Positions 8,288 to 17,333 are shown, numbered from the stretch's first letter. The stretch is 41,343 nt of DNA from Flavobacteriales bacterium (GCA_038259855.1 JBBSOJ010000001.1:1-41343), one strand, 5' to 3'. The notes: a model not told the origin generated them from the letters alone. Numbers and translations are program-made.

Positions 8288-9679
8288 TTAATTTTTAAAA
8301 AGATTAAATTTAGAATGAAACAGTTCATGTTTCAATTGCAATTTTCCTACAACAGCAATGATTGCTATTCCCATTAACGCAAGTCCCAAAATCTTGAAAT
8401 CGTTGATCAAATAGATGATGGAGCAAATGAATAATAGAATAGGCATCATAAAAAACCCAATCGAACCTTTGGTGATGGTTAAGGTTTTATTGGTTCTTAC
8501 AAAAGGTTTCTCGGAGTTTTTGAAATAACTTAACCAGTAAAACGATCCAATTTCAATAGTTCCAATATGAACCAAAAGAGCCTTCAACGTTATATGAGCT
8601 TGGTGTTTGGACGTTATTGAAAACAGAAACAATTGTACAGCCAAATGTGTTGTTATTGATATTATTATCAAGATATAAAGTATTGAATGGTTATGTGTGT
8701 CGAATAATAACAGAGGTACAGAAGCAAAAGTCAATACAATTGGAATGGCCAATAAATTAATCCACGCTGAAAGCATAGTAAATACGCGAAGTTTTTGATG
8801 AAAATTAATCCCGCCTTTCCCAAAACTTAACATTAAGGTTTGAAAATTTCCAAATATCCAACGTTTAAATTGCTTATTATAATCGTCAATAGTGGTTGGC
8901 ATTACACCCAAACCGATACTCTTGTTGCAATAGCCGATTTTTAGATTTCTGCTCAATAATTCCAGTCCAAAATGGGCATCCTCTGTAATCGTGGTCGTTG
9001 GCCAGCATAAATTGTTGTCGAATACCTCTCTTTTTATCAGCGTAAGGGTTCCTGTGGGAAGACCATATTTTTCGCCATTCATTGCAGAAAGATAGCATTC
9101 AAAATAATGTTTGTAATTAACCTGTAAGCCTTCGGTATTCTCACAAATATTTCGATAGTCCTGTGGAAATTGCAGCAAATCAACCTGTCTGTCAATCAAG
9201 GTGCCTATAGCAATATTCAAAGCATCTACATTTAGCTGATAATCGGAATCAATAGTAAAAATATAATCAGCAGACCCGGATGTTTTTTCGAGTGCCGCGT
9301 TCAACGCTCCTGCCTTATAACCTTCAATTGTATTAAAATGAAAGAATTTATAATTTGGAATTGTTCTCGAATAATCCATGATAGGTTTCCATGAATCGAC
9401 GTTGGTAGTGTTGTTGGAAATTATGACAACCTCAAAATTTTTATAATTGAGATTACTTATAGATTTCAAGGTCTCCAGAACCATTTTTGGTGGTTCATTA
9501 CAAATTGCCAAATGAATACTTACAAAGGGTTCGTTCTCATCTAAAATGCTATGAGAAACGACTGATGTTCGTTTTATAAAGTAAACTCTCAAAGTGCCAA
9601 GACATAAAATTCCGACAAAATTTAGGCATAGCAAAGCAATAAAGAAAAGTGTTATATAATGGACAATCATAGCTATCAA
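8288..9679 (-). CDS. Membrane-bound processive GT2 (cellulose synthase / NdvB glucan synthase-like)
   Basis: PFVSIHLAICNEPP, GYKAGALN, DSD, QFPQDYR, TED and QFKRW motifs, with one N-terminal and several C-terminal hydrophobic helices. TTG start at 9679, alternative ATG at 9670. Confidence 0.88.
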   Translation of the reverse strand: MIAMIVHYITLFFIALLCLNFVGILCLGTLRVYFIKRTSVVSHSILDENEPFVSIHLAICNEPPKMVLETLKSISNLNYKNFEVVIISNNTTNVDSWKPIMDYSRTIPNYKFFHFNTIEGYKAGALNAALEKTSGSADYIFTIDSDYQLNVDALNIAIGTLIDRQVDLLQFPQDYRNICENTEGLQVNYKHYFECYLSAMNGEKYGLPTGTLTLIKREVFDNNLCWPTTTITEDAHFGLELLSRNLKIGYCNKSIGLGVMPTTIDDYNKQFKRWIFGNFQTLMLSFGKGGINFHQKLRVFTMLSAWINLLAIPIVLTFASVPLLLFDTHNHSILYILIIISITTHLAVQLFLFSITSKHQAHITLKALLVHIGTIEIGSFYWLSYFKNSEKPFVRTNKTLTITKGSIGFFMMPILLFICSIIYLINDFKILGLALMGIAIIAVVGKLQLKHELFHSKFNLFKN

Positions 9680-9715
9680 ATATGATAACGGTTTTAAAAA
9701 TTAACCGTTGTGTTG

Positions 9716-9723
9716 CAAAACTA
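9716..9723 (-). promoter_or_regulatory. Bacteroidota -7 promoter element for the glycosyltransferase operon
   Basis: TAGTTTTG matches TAnnTTTG, about 40 nt upstream of the start. Confidence 0.65.
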
Positions 9724-9966
9724 AATTGTAAACTGTTTTGTAATTGACACTATGAAAATATAAAGTAGCACTAAAAAAAGTTGCACTAAATAAAATTTTG
9801 AATCATTTCAAATTTTTTGTGATATGACATGGACCGCTAACCAATGTTATTTAGTTGTTTTCTTTTATAACGCTCGATTTTTTTTTTTTACTGTTAATTT
9901 TTATTGAGAAAAAAACGGAATTTACATCCGATTAAAATTTCAATATAAATTCAAAAAATAAACTCC

Positions 9967-12105
9967 ATGAGCAACAAGAAAGCTGCCGATACCGATTCTA
10001 AAAAAATACAAGATTTAGAAAGTAACTTTAAGGATGGTAAAAACAAGACCATGACTACCAATCAAGGATTAAAAGTAAATGACACTAATAATTCGTTAAA
10101 ATCTGGCGAGCGTGGTTCGACCTTGCTGGAGGATTTCTTACTTCGTGAAAAAATAACGCACTTCGACCATGAGCGCATCCCAGAAAGAATTGTGCACGCA
10201 AGAGGAAGTGGTGCTCATGGAATATTCGAGTTGTATGAAAGTATTGAAGAGTATAGCAAGGCAGGAATATTTACCGATGTTTCACGAAAAACCCCTGTTT
10301 TTGTCCGATTTTCGACCGTTGCGGGTTCAAAAGGGTCTACGGATTTGGCGCGCGATGTTCGTGGGTTTGCCGTAAAGTTTTACACAGAGGAAGGCACTTG
10401 GGATTTAGTGGGTAACAATATGCCTATTTTCTTTATTCAGGATGCGATGAAATTTCCAGATTTAATACATGCTGTTAAACCAGAACCGAATAAGGCAATT
10501 CCACAAGCCGCTTCTGCCCATGATACGTTTTATGATTTCATATCTAGAACCACCGAAACGATGCATAATCAAATTTGGTTGATGAGCGACCGCGCAATTC
10601 CACGAAGTTTGAGAATGATGGAAGGATTTGGAATTCATACATTTCGGCTTATTAATAAGGAAGGAATTTCACATTTTGTTAAATTCCATTGGAAACCATT
10701 ACTTGGTGTACATTCCGTAACGTGGGATGAGGCAGTTAAGATTAGTGGTGCTGATTCAGATTTTCATCGTCGTGATTTGTGGGACGCTATTGATGCTGGA
10801 CAATTTCCAGAATGGGAGTTGGGTATTCAAGTTGTTGCAGAGGAAGACGAGCATAAATTTGATTTCGACCTTTTGGACCCAACCAAGTTAATTCCTGAAG
10901 ACATGGTCCCCGTGAAAATCATAGGTAAAATGACCTTGAACCGAAACCCTGAAAACTTCTTTGCGGAAACCGAGCAAGTGGCGTTTCTGCCTGGACATAT
11001 TGTTCCTGGCATTGATTTTACTAATGATCCCTTATTACAAGGTCGTTTATTTTCCTATCGTGATACGCAATTGTCACGTTTGGGAAGTCCTAATTTCCAT
11101 CAAATACCTATCAATAGGCCAATTGCGCCAGTTCATAATAACCAACGCGATGGTCATATGCAAATGGACATACCAAAAGGTCAGACCGCCTATTTTCCTA
11201 ATAGTTTGAGTGGTGGTTGTCCACACCTTGCCAAAATGGCTCAAGGTGGTTTTACATCTTATGAAGAACGTATCGATGCAAAAAAAATAAGAACACGGAG
11301 CGAGAGCTTTAGTGACCATTTTTCGCAGCCGGCATTGTTCTATCGTAGTCTTGCGGATTGGGAACAACACCATGTTGCGGAAGCTTACACGTTTGAGTTG
11401 GGTAAGTGCAATCATGATGAAATTAAAAAACGAATGCTTTATATCCTTAATCAGATTGATGTAGATCTAGCAAAGAAAGTCGCTAAAAACCTTGGTTTGA
11501 AGGTGCCGAAAACTATAGACGAACCATTAAATCAAGCAATTGGAGCAGATGCAGATGTCGAAAAATTCCAACCACCCAAAAAGAAAAATTATTTGGACAA
11601 AGATCCAGCATTGAGTCAGGCAAATACAAAGTTTGAATCTATTGCAACCCGACAGGTAGCTGTTTTAGTGGGTGATGGTTTTTCAATGAAAGATTTTAAA
11701 GCAATGACCAATGCCTTGAAAAAAGAAAAGGCTATGATAAAGATAATTGCACCACATGGCGGCATGGTCACATGCGATAACGGAATGGAGCATAAAGTGG
11801 ATGCCGCTATTGCAACTACTGAAAGTGTGTTATATGATGCCGTATATATCCCTGGAGGAGCCAAATCCATTGAAGCGCTTAAGAGCGAAAAGAAATTTAT
11901 AAAATTCGTGAATGAAGCTTTTAAACATTGTAAAGCTATTGCTGCCGACCATGAAGGCGATGAGTTGATTAAGGAAACGTTTGTTTCCCAATTTAGAAAT
12001 GATGAGGCTATTTTTATAAATAAAAATCCTTCCCAATTTATCAAGGCAATATCAAAACACAGGAATTGGGATCGGATGGCAAATGCTGAAAAAATTCCTG
12101 TATAA
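9967..12105 (+). CDS. katE: Large-subunit catalase HPII
   Basis: FDHERIPERIVHARG, RFSTVAG and RLFSYRDTQ catalase motifs, plus a C-terminal GATase-like domain; 712 aa. Confidence 0.98.
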   Translation: MSNKKAADTDSKKIQDLESNFKDGKNKTMTTNQGLKVNDTNNSLKSGERGSTLLEDFLLREKITHFDHERIPERIVHARGSGAHGIFELYESIEEYSKAGIFTDVSRKTPVFVRFSTVAGSKGSTDLARDVRGFAVKFYTEEGTWDLVGNNMPIFFIQDAMKFPDLIHAVKPEPNKAIPQAASAHDTFYDFISRTTETMHNQIWLMSDRAIPRSLRMMEGFGIHTFRLINKEGISHFVKFHWKPLLGVHSVTWDEAVKISGADSDFHRRDLWDAIDAGQFPEWELGIQVVAEEDEHKFDFDLLDPTKLIPEDMVPVKIIGKMTLNRNPENFFAETEQVAFLPGHIVPGIDFTNDPLLQGRLFSYRDTQLSRLGSPNFHQIPINRPIAPVHNNQRDGHMQMDIPKGQTAYFPNSLSGGCPHLAKMAQGGFTSYEERIDAKKIRTRSESFSDHFSQPALFYRSLADWEQHHVAEAYTFELGKCNHDEIKKRMLYILNQIDVDLAKKVAKNLGLKVPKTIDEPLNQAIGADADVEKFQPPKKKNYLDKDPALSQANTKFESIATRQVAVLVGDGFSMKDFKAMTNALKKEKAMIKIIAPHGGMVTCDNGMEHKVDAAIATTESVLYDAVYIPGGAKSIEALKSEKKFIKFVNEAFKHCKAIAADHEGDELIKETFVSQFRNDEAIFINKNPSQFIKAISKHRNWDRMANAEKIPV

Positions 12106-12188
12106 TATGATTTGATTTTGTCATAAAGTTATAATGTGAAAGTCATATGCGATTGAAATAAAATCGTTTTAGAGAATTTGTAAATTTC

Positions 12189-12230
12189 AAAACCAATAAT
12201 CAGGTAACCCTATTTGATTATTGGTTTTTT
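12189..12230 (+). terminator. Rho-independent terminator after katE
   Basis: 14-bp stem AAAACCAATAATCA / TGATTATTGGTTTT followed by T residues. Confidence 0.8.
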
Positions 12231-12349
12231 GTTGTTCGCCTATTTTTTATGGAGCAAAGATTTTATTTTTTAGAGCTCAATATCTCGTGATTGATATTAT
12301 ATATTATTGATACACAAATAACAATCAATATTAATTAAAAACTTAATTT

Positions 12350-13396
12350 ATGCATGTAATCAACACCAACTTAAAAACGGTTCGAGAAAGATTTTCACGA
12401 ATTTCATGGGGTGGCGTTTTTGCTGGCGCCCTGACAGCAATCGTCATTTCATTCTTATTACATCTTTTAGGATTGGGACTTGGACTGAATACCATAGATC
12501 CAATGACAGATAACCAACCCTTTGATGGTCTCGGAACAGGAACATTAATATGGTGGATTTTATCCAACTTATCTGCCTTATTTGTAGGAGGGCTAATTGC
12601 AGCTCGCTCTGCTGGATTGCCAAGTAATGCTGATGGCGGAATACATGGTTTTCTTGCTTGGGGACTTTATCTCCTTATCTCGGTCTATTTGGTCGTTAGT
12701 TTCGCAGGAACTATTTTTTCTGGAGTTGGTTCTTTGGTGTCCTCCGCTTTTGGCGGTTCTGATGCTAAAGAGGTCGTAGTCAATCTCAAAAATGCCCAAA
12801 AAATGTCGCAAAAAGACTCTGATTTCACTTTTGGAAGTATTAAAGATGAAATGTTTCAGATTATTGAATCTGCAGAACGTTATAATGTTCTTCCCAGCGA
12901 TAGCAAAGAAGAAGTGAAAGAGGCGATGAACACAACCCAAAGTGAAACTTCCAAATTGGTAAAGCAGTTGGATTTGAAAGATAAAGTTTCAGAATTTATC
13001 AATGATGTATCCGTTGATTTAGACGACGATGGCGATTTGAAAATAATGGTTGAAGGAAATAAAGACTATCTGAATAAGGAAGAAATCAAGGATTATTTAG
13101 CGAATAATACAGAATTGTCAGAATCTGAAATTGAAGGTGTCATTACTAAATGGGACAGAAAGATAGAAAAAACAGTTAAGAAGATTGAAAACACCTATGC
13201 AGAAGCTAAACAAGATGCCGTCCAAGCAAGTGAAAAGATATCAGACGGTTTGGGTAAGGCTAGTGTTTATCTGTTTATCATATTGCTTTTAGGTGCACTC
13301 GCCGCTTTTGGTGGAGGTGCGATAGGTGCGCCATTATTGACGGTCAATGAAGAGCATGACCAAAATTTAATTAACGATAACGAAACTAATTATTAA
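12350..13396 (+). CDS. Conserved membrane protein (RISWG-type) with a large helical soluble loop
   Basis: RISWGGVFAG, three N-terminal TM helices, GIHGFLAW, an acidic helical middle region and a C-terminal TM helix. Confidence 0.8.
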   Translation: MHVINTNLKTVRERFSRISWGGVFAGALTAIVISFLLHLLGLGLGLNTIDPMTDNQPFDGLGTGTLIWWILSNLSALFVGGLIAARSAGLPSNADGGIHGFLAWGLYLLISVYLVVSFAGTIFSGVGSLVSSAFGGSDAKEVVVNLKNAQKMSQKDSDFTFGSIKDEMFQIIESAERYNVLPSDSKEEVKEAMNTTQSETSKLVKQLDLKDKVSEFINDVSVDLDDDGDLKIMVEGNKDYLNKEEIKDYLANNTELSESEIEGVITKWDRKIEKTVKKIENTYAEAKQDAVQASEKISDGLGKASVYLFIILLLGALAAFGGGAIGAPLLTVNEEHDQNLINDNETNY

Positions 13397-13419
13397 AACT
13401 TAAAACTAAAACTAAAACT

Positions 13420-13572
13420 ATGTCATTATTAACAATCATATTGAGCATTTTATTACCACCCGTTGCAGTATTCATGAAGCGCGGGCTAGGAGGAGCATTT
13501 TTTCTAAACATACTACTTACTTTAATAGGATGGATACCAGGAGTCATCCATGCTTTAATCGTAAATGATTAG
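13420..13572 (+). CDS. YqaE/Pmp3 family small membrane protein (50 aa, not in the ORF track)
   Basis: MSLLTIILSILLPPVAVF...LNILLTLIGWIPGVIHALIVND is the Pmp3 signature. Confidence 0.93.
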   Translation: MSLLTIILSILLPPVAVFMKRGLGGAFFLNILLTLIGWIPGVIHALIVND

Positions 13573-13595
13573 AACACTAACTTGAAAATTCCACA

Positions 13596-13626
13596 AAGCA
13601 TGGCAATGGATACCATGCTTTTTTTC
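13596..13626 (+). terminator. Rho-independent terminator
   Basis: AAAGCATGG...CCATGCTTT stem followed by a T run. Confidence 0.75.
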
Positions 13627-13808
13627 TTGTTAGGATAATTGATTATTGACACACTTCGAGAATTATTGGAAAATTTATTCTCATGTGCTTTTTGCGAATT
13701 AATATATAATGTATCTCAAAAATTTTTACGGCTCCTAATTTTATTTTTTGAACACTTATTTGAAGATGGTTGGTAGTATTTTTATATAAACATTTAAACA
13801 AAGAAAGT

Positions 13809-13934
13809 ATGAGCACGCAAGACAAAAAAAAAGACGCACAAAAAAAGGATGTTAAAAAAAGTGATGCTAAAAATAGTGACGTAAAAAAATCGCCATCAAG
13901 CAAAAAAACGGCAACACCAACTAAAAAGAAATAA
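13809..13934 (+). CDS. Small lysine-rich disordered protein (41 aa, not in the ORF track)
   Basis: MSTQDKKKDAQKKDVKKSDAKNSDVKKSPSSKKTATPTKKK, with an A-rich leader and its own terminator. Confidence 0.7.
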   Translation: MSTQDKKKDAQKKDVKKSDAKNSDVKKSPSSKKTATPTKKK

Positions 13935-13952
13935 ATTAGCTGGTTTTTGTGT

Positions 13953-13993
13953 AAAGCTCCCGTTGGCATTCTATTGTCTCTCGGGAGCTTTTA
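13953..13993 (+). terminator. Rho-independent terminator
   Basis: AAAGCTCCCG / CGGGAGCTTT stem. Confidence 0.7.
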
Positions 13994-14094
13994 CCTTTGA
14001 TATTTTCTTAAGCAATAGTTAAAATTAGTAATCAATTTGTCAGGTTATAGTTTTAAATAAATTCCAAACTTTTTATTTCTAAATTTTTAAAAAA

Positions 14095-14658
14095 ATGATT
14101 ATGAATTTTATGTGTGTGGATTATTCCATTTTAGATGCCTTTGTTGACTTATTTGAAATTTCCAAAAAATCTTTTTTGTTAATACTACTTTCGAGTATAG
14201 CAATCTATAGCGTCATCATACTCTATACACGAATTTTCGGAAAACGCAGTTTTTCTAAAATGTCAAGTTTTGATTTTGCTATGACTGTTGCGGTTGGTTC
14301 TATCATCGCTACCACAGTTTTAACAGAATCCGTTAGTTTTTTGGAAGGTGCAACCTCATTAGTGATGGTTTACGGCTTGCAATTGCTTGCAGCCTATTTA
14401 AGACGTTATAAATGGTTTAAAAAAATTATAGATAACGAGCCTACGCTTTTAATGGATGGTCAGACTATCCTATGGGAAAATTTGAAAAAAGTAAGAGTAA
14501 CGGAAGGCGATTTGAGATCCAAGCTTCGGGAAGCCAATGTGGTCAATTTAAGTGAAATTAAAGCTGTTGTTTTTGAAACTACTGGAGATATGGTGGTACT
14601 TCACAAACAGAATGAAAAAACTATCGATGACTGGCTTCTAAAAGATGTCAATAGATAA
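14095..14658 (+). CDS. DUF421 (YetF-like) membrane protein
   Basis: GKRSFSKMSSFDFAMTVAVGS, PTLLMDG and VFETTG motifs. Confidence 0.9.
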   Translation: MIMNFMCVDYSILDAFVDLFEISKKSFLLILLSSIAIYSVIILYTRIFGKRSFSKMSSFDFAMTVAVGSIIATTVLTESVSFLEGATSLVMVYGLQLLAAYLRRYKWFKKIIDNEPTLLMDGQTILWENLKKVRVTEGDLRSKLREANVVNLSEIKAVVFETTGDMVVLHKQNEKTIDDWLLKDVNR

Positions 14659-14681
14659 ATAAAAATTAGTTACGCTTAAAT

Positions 14682-15344
14682 ATGACATCACAAATGACTA
14701 TTGAAGAGGACTATCGCAATTTTATAATTGCAAAAAAACATCCATGTATTATGGCGAATACGGTTTTTGCAATGCACAATTACCATTTAAAAATCTATGA
14801 AAATCTAGATGATGTAACTAATATTGCATCAATTTTAAATGACATAGAACACTATCTTGAACAGTATGATTTTGATTCCAATGAGTTCGAATCACTTCTT
14901 TTTTGCTTTAAAAGTGATAATTTTGAAAACGAACTTGACTTTGAGAATAGCTTATGGCGTTTTTTACAAAATCTTCACGATGCTGATGATAAAGAATGGG
15001 ACAAGAATGTAAGTTCTGACCCTTGTGATAAAAATTTTAGTATGAGTATTAAGGGTAGGGCATTTTATACTGTCGGGCTTCATCCAAGGAGTTCAAGATT
15101 AGCAAGGCAAGCGCCCTATTGTACTGTAGTTTTTAATTTACATTGGCAATTTGAACGTCTGCGTGAAATGGGTACCTATCAAACAATTAAAACTCGCATC
15201 CGTCGAAGAGATAAAAAACTGCAAGGCTCTATCAATCCTGTACTTCGCGATTTTGGAAATGATAGCGAAACAAAACAATACAGTGGACGGCAGGTGGAAT
15301 CCGATTGGAAATGTCCGTTTCACACTAAAATAGAACATTTATGA
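14682..15344 (+). CDS. YqcI/YcgG family heme-dependent guanidine N-hydroxylase-like protein (GntA/DcsA-related)
   Basis: HPC, FE..LW..LQ.LH..D, GLHP.SSRLAR, FNLHWQFE.LR, QYSGR and C-terminal WKCPF motifs. Confidence 0.88.
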   Translation: MTSQMTIEEDYRNFIIAKKHPCIMANTVFAMHNYHLKIYENLDDVTNIASILNDIEHYLEQYDFDSNEFESLLFCFKSDNFENELDFENSLWRFLQNLHDADDKEWDKNVSSDPCDKNFSMSIKGRAFYTVGLHPRSSRLARQAPYCTVVFNLHWQFERLREMGTYQTIKTRIRRRDKKLQGSINPVLRDFGNDSETKQYSGRQVESDWKCPFHTKIEHL

Positions 15345-15961
15345 AACCAATTCATATTATTCCGCCACAATCTGGCGCTGCTTTTAAGTTGAAAAAAGGC
15401 GATTTGTTATCGGTTATCGATCCACTAGGTCAACAGGTCAGTGATATGGTTCTTTTTAACTTGGAAGATTTAAAAGAAAAAATTTCATCTGGCAAAACTA
15501 TGGACTTTGAAGAGACAATCCTCTTAACTCAAGGAAACTTTCTATGGAGCAATCGGTCGAAAAAAATGATGAAAATCATTAAAGATTCAAACGGTAGAAA
15601 CGATTTCCTTTTGGCGCCATGCAGTCCTGAAACATTCCAAATAATGTACGACAATCCTACTTATCATCCGAGTTGCTTGGAAAATCTCAATCGAAATTTA
15701 ATGACTTACGGAATTGAAATTGATGACATTCCTACAGCATTTAATATTTTTATGAATGTGCGTTTTGCCAGAAATGGCAAGCTGAAGGTACTACCACCAA
15801 CTTCTCAACCTGGAGCTATGATACAATTTCGGGCGGAAATGGATTTACTGGTGGGTTTGACGTCGTGTTCAGCAGAAGATAGTAATGGTGGTAGTTTCAA
15901 ACCAATACATTACGTAATTACAGATGAAAATGGGCAACTAAATCCCAACGAATCAATTTAA
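15341..15961 (+). CDS. DUF1989 / urea carboxylase-associated family protein
   Basis: DPLGQQVSD, LWSNR, DFLLAPCS, CLENL, FNIFMNV and RAEMDLLVGLTSCS motifs. ATGA overlap with the upstream gene. Confidence 0.9.
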   Translation: MKPIHIIPPQSGAAFKLKKGDLLSVIDPLGQQVSDMVLFNLEDLKEKISSGKTMDFEETILLTQGNFLWSNRSKKMMKIIKDSNGRNDFLLAPCSPETFQIMYDNPTYHPSCLENLNRNLMTYGIEIDDIPTAFNIFMNVRFARNGKLKVLPPTSQPGAMIQFRAEMDLLVGLTSCSAEDSNGGSFKPIHYVITDENGQLNPNESI

Positions 15962-15972
15962 ATATAATTAAG

Positions 15973-16659
15973 ATGAAAAGAATATTAATGGTTTTGACTT
16001 CCCATGAAGGGATGCTTCATACAGATAGTAAAACAGGATTGTGGATTGGAGAATTTACCGACCCCTATTATGAGTTCCGTGATGCGGAATACACGGTTAC
16101 ATTAGCGAGCCCTAAAGGTGGAAGTCCACCTATTGACTCCTTAAGCGAATTGACGGAACATATCACATCTTCAAACCGACGGTTTGTAGAAGATGATTTT
16201 GCCCAGCATGCCTTAAAACATACCTTAACGTTAGAAGCTGTTGAAGCTACTGATTTTGATGCTATATTCTATCCTGGCGGCCACGGTCCTATGTTCGATT
16301 TGGCATCTAACCAGCTTAGCGCTCAATTGATTCTTGATTTTATCAAACAAAATAAGCCTGTGGCGGCAGTATGTCATGGTCCTGCTGCTCTTATACAGGC
16401 AGCAAAAATGGATAGTTCTTTACTTTTGGGAAAAAAAATAACAGGTTTTTCAAATGCAGAGGAGGTTTTGGTGATGCGTAGTGATAATATTCCTTTCCAT
16501 TTGGAGGATAAGTTGACATGGTTAGGAGGGAAGTACGAAAAATCCTTAATTCCGTTTACTTCTCATGTGGTAAAAGATGGGTTGTTGATAACCGGACAGA
16601 ATCCACTATCCGCATCTCCTACAGCTAAGGCATTGATTAAGCATTTAGAGCGGAGCTAA
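15973..16659 (+). CDS. DJ-1/PfpI (class I GATase-like, glyoxalase III-type) protein
   Basis: TGLWIGEF, ASPKGG, PGGHG, AVCHG and ITGQNP motifs. Confidence 0.92.
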   Translation: MKRILMVLTSHEGMLHTDSKTGLWIGEFTDPYYEFRDAEYTVTLASPKGGSPPIDSLSELTEHITSSNRRFVEDDFAQHALKHTLTLEAVEATDFDAIFYPGGHGPMFDLASNQLSAQLILDFIKQNKPVAAVCHGPAALIQAAKMDSSLLLGKKITGFSNAEEVLVMRSDNIPFHLEDKLTWLGGKYEKSLIPFTSHVVKDGLLITGQNPLSASPTAKALIKHLERS

Positions 16660-16722
16660 TTTTAACTGATTCTCAATTTTTTTTGGGAAAATGGCACAGT
16701 ATAACTAATTAGAAGTATTCGT

Positions 16723-17172
16723 ATGTCAATAACTACATTTATTATAATAGCACTGGCATCAGTAGGTGTGATGACACTTTTCAGTTCTCTTTGGAGCCAT
16801 TTGGCCAACAAACAGTTTAGAGAACCTAATTTGTTGGCCGAAATTTTGACAAAAGACCCTATTTCGCCTCCTGAAGAAGCTTCTCAAAAAGCCATGGGAT
16901 GGACGATTCATATCACATTAGGACTATGCTTTGTATTTATTTACGAGATTCTATGGGAGAGTTTGGATGTGCAACGTAATATCTTTTGGGCACTTTTATT
17001 TGGAATTTGTATGGGAATGGTTGGAATTGCTGGATGGTGGTTGCTATTTCGGTTAAAATCGTATAGCGCAAACTTTGACTATAAACAGTTCTACATCCAT
17101 ATTTTCTTTGCGCATATCATATTCAGTCTCACAGCACTTTTAGTGTTTAATGTTATGGTGTTGTTGGCTTAA
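16723..17172 (+). CDS. Four-TM hypothetical membrane protein
   Basis: Four hydrophobic segments, with MTLFS...FREP.LL, GW.IH and H(IF)FAH motifs. Confidence 0.8.
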   Translation: MSITTFIIIALASVGVMTLFSSLWSHLANKQFREPNLLAEILTKDPISPPEEASQKAMGWTIHITLGLCFVFIYEILWESLDVQRNIFWALLFGICMGMVGIAGWWLLFRLKSYSANFDYKQFYIHIFFAHIIFSLTALLVFNVMVLLA

Positions 17173-17238
17173 TAATACCACGTAGTGACGTCAGTAGTCA
17201 ATTAACTCATATCCAAATTTTTTTATCGCAATATCTAA

Positions 17239-17295
17239 ATCGTTAATTTCTCAATTTATATCGATAATAAGTCTATTTCAATTTTCGCAAATTTG
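17239..17295 (+). promoter_or_regulatory. Tandem 9-bp sites at 21-bp period followed by a degenerate -7 element
   Basis: ATCGTTAAT (17239), ATCGATAAT (17260), CAAATTTG (17288). Same geometry as 19463-19519. Confidence 0.5.
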
Positions 17296-17333
17296 ATAAT
17301 AACAAAGATATTATTAACTAAAAGTAGTTCTAT

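Noticed and set aside
10169-12044. Several 60-140 aa ORFs inside katE, and similar ORFs nested in other long genes
   Set aside because: They are shadow or alternate-frame ORFs of well-supported genes, with no recognisable motifs.
13394-13420. TAAAAC repeated four times before the Pmp3 gene
   Set aside because: Too short for a CRISPR or iteron array and has no spacers; consistent with an A-rich Bacteroidota translation leader.
13643-13969. 108-aa hydrophobic minus-strand ORF
   Set aside because: Its Phe/Leu richness is the antisense image of the Lys-rich + strand peptide, which has the leader and terminator.
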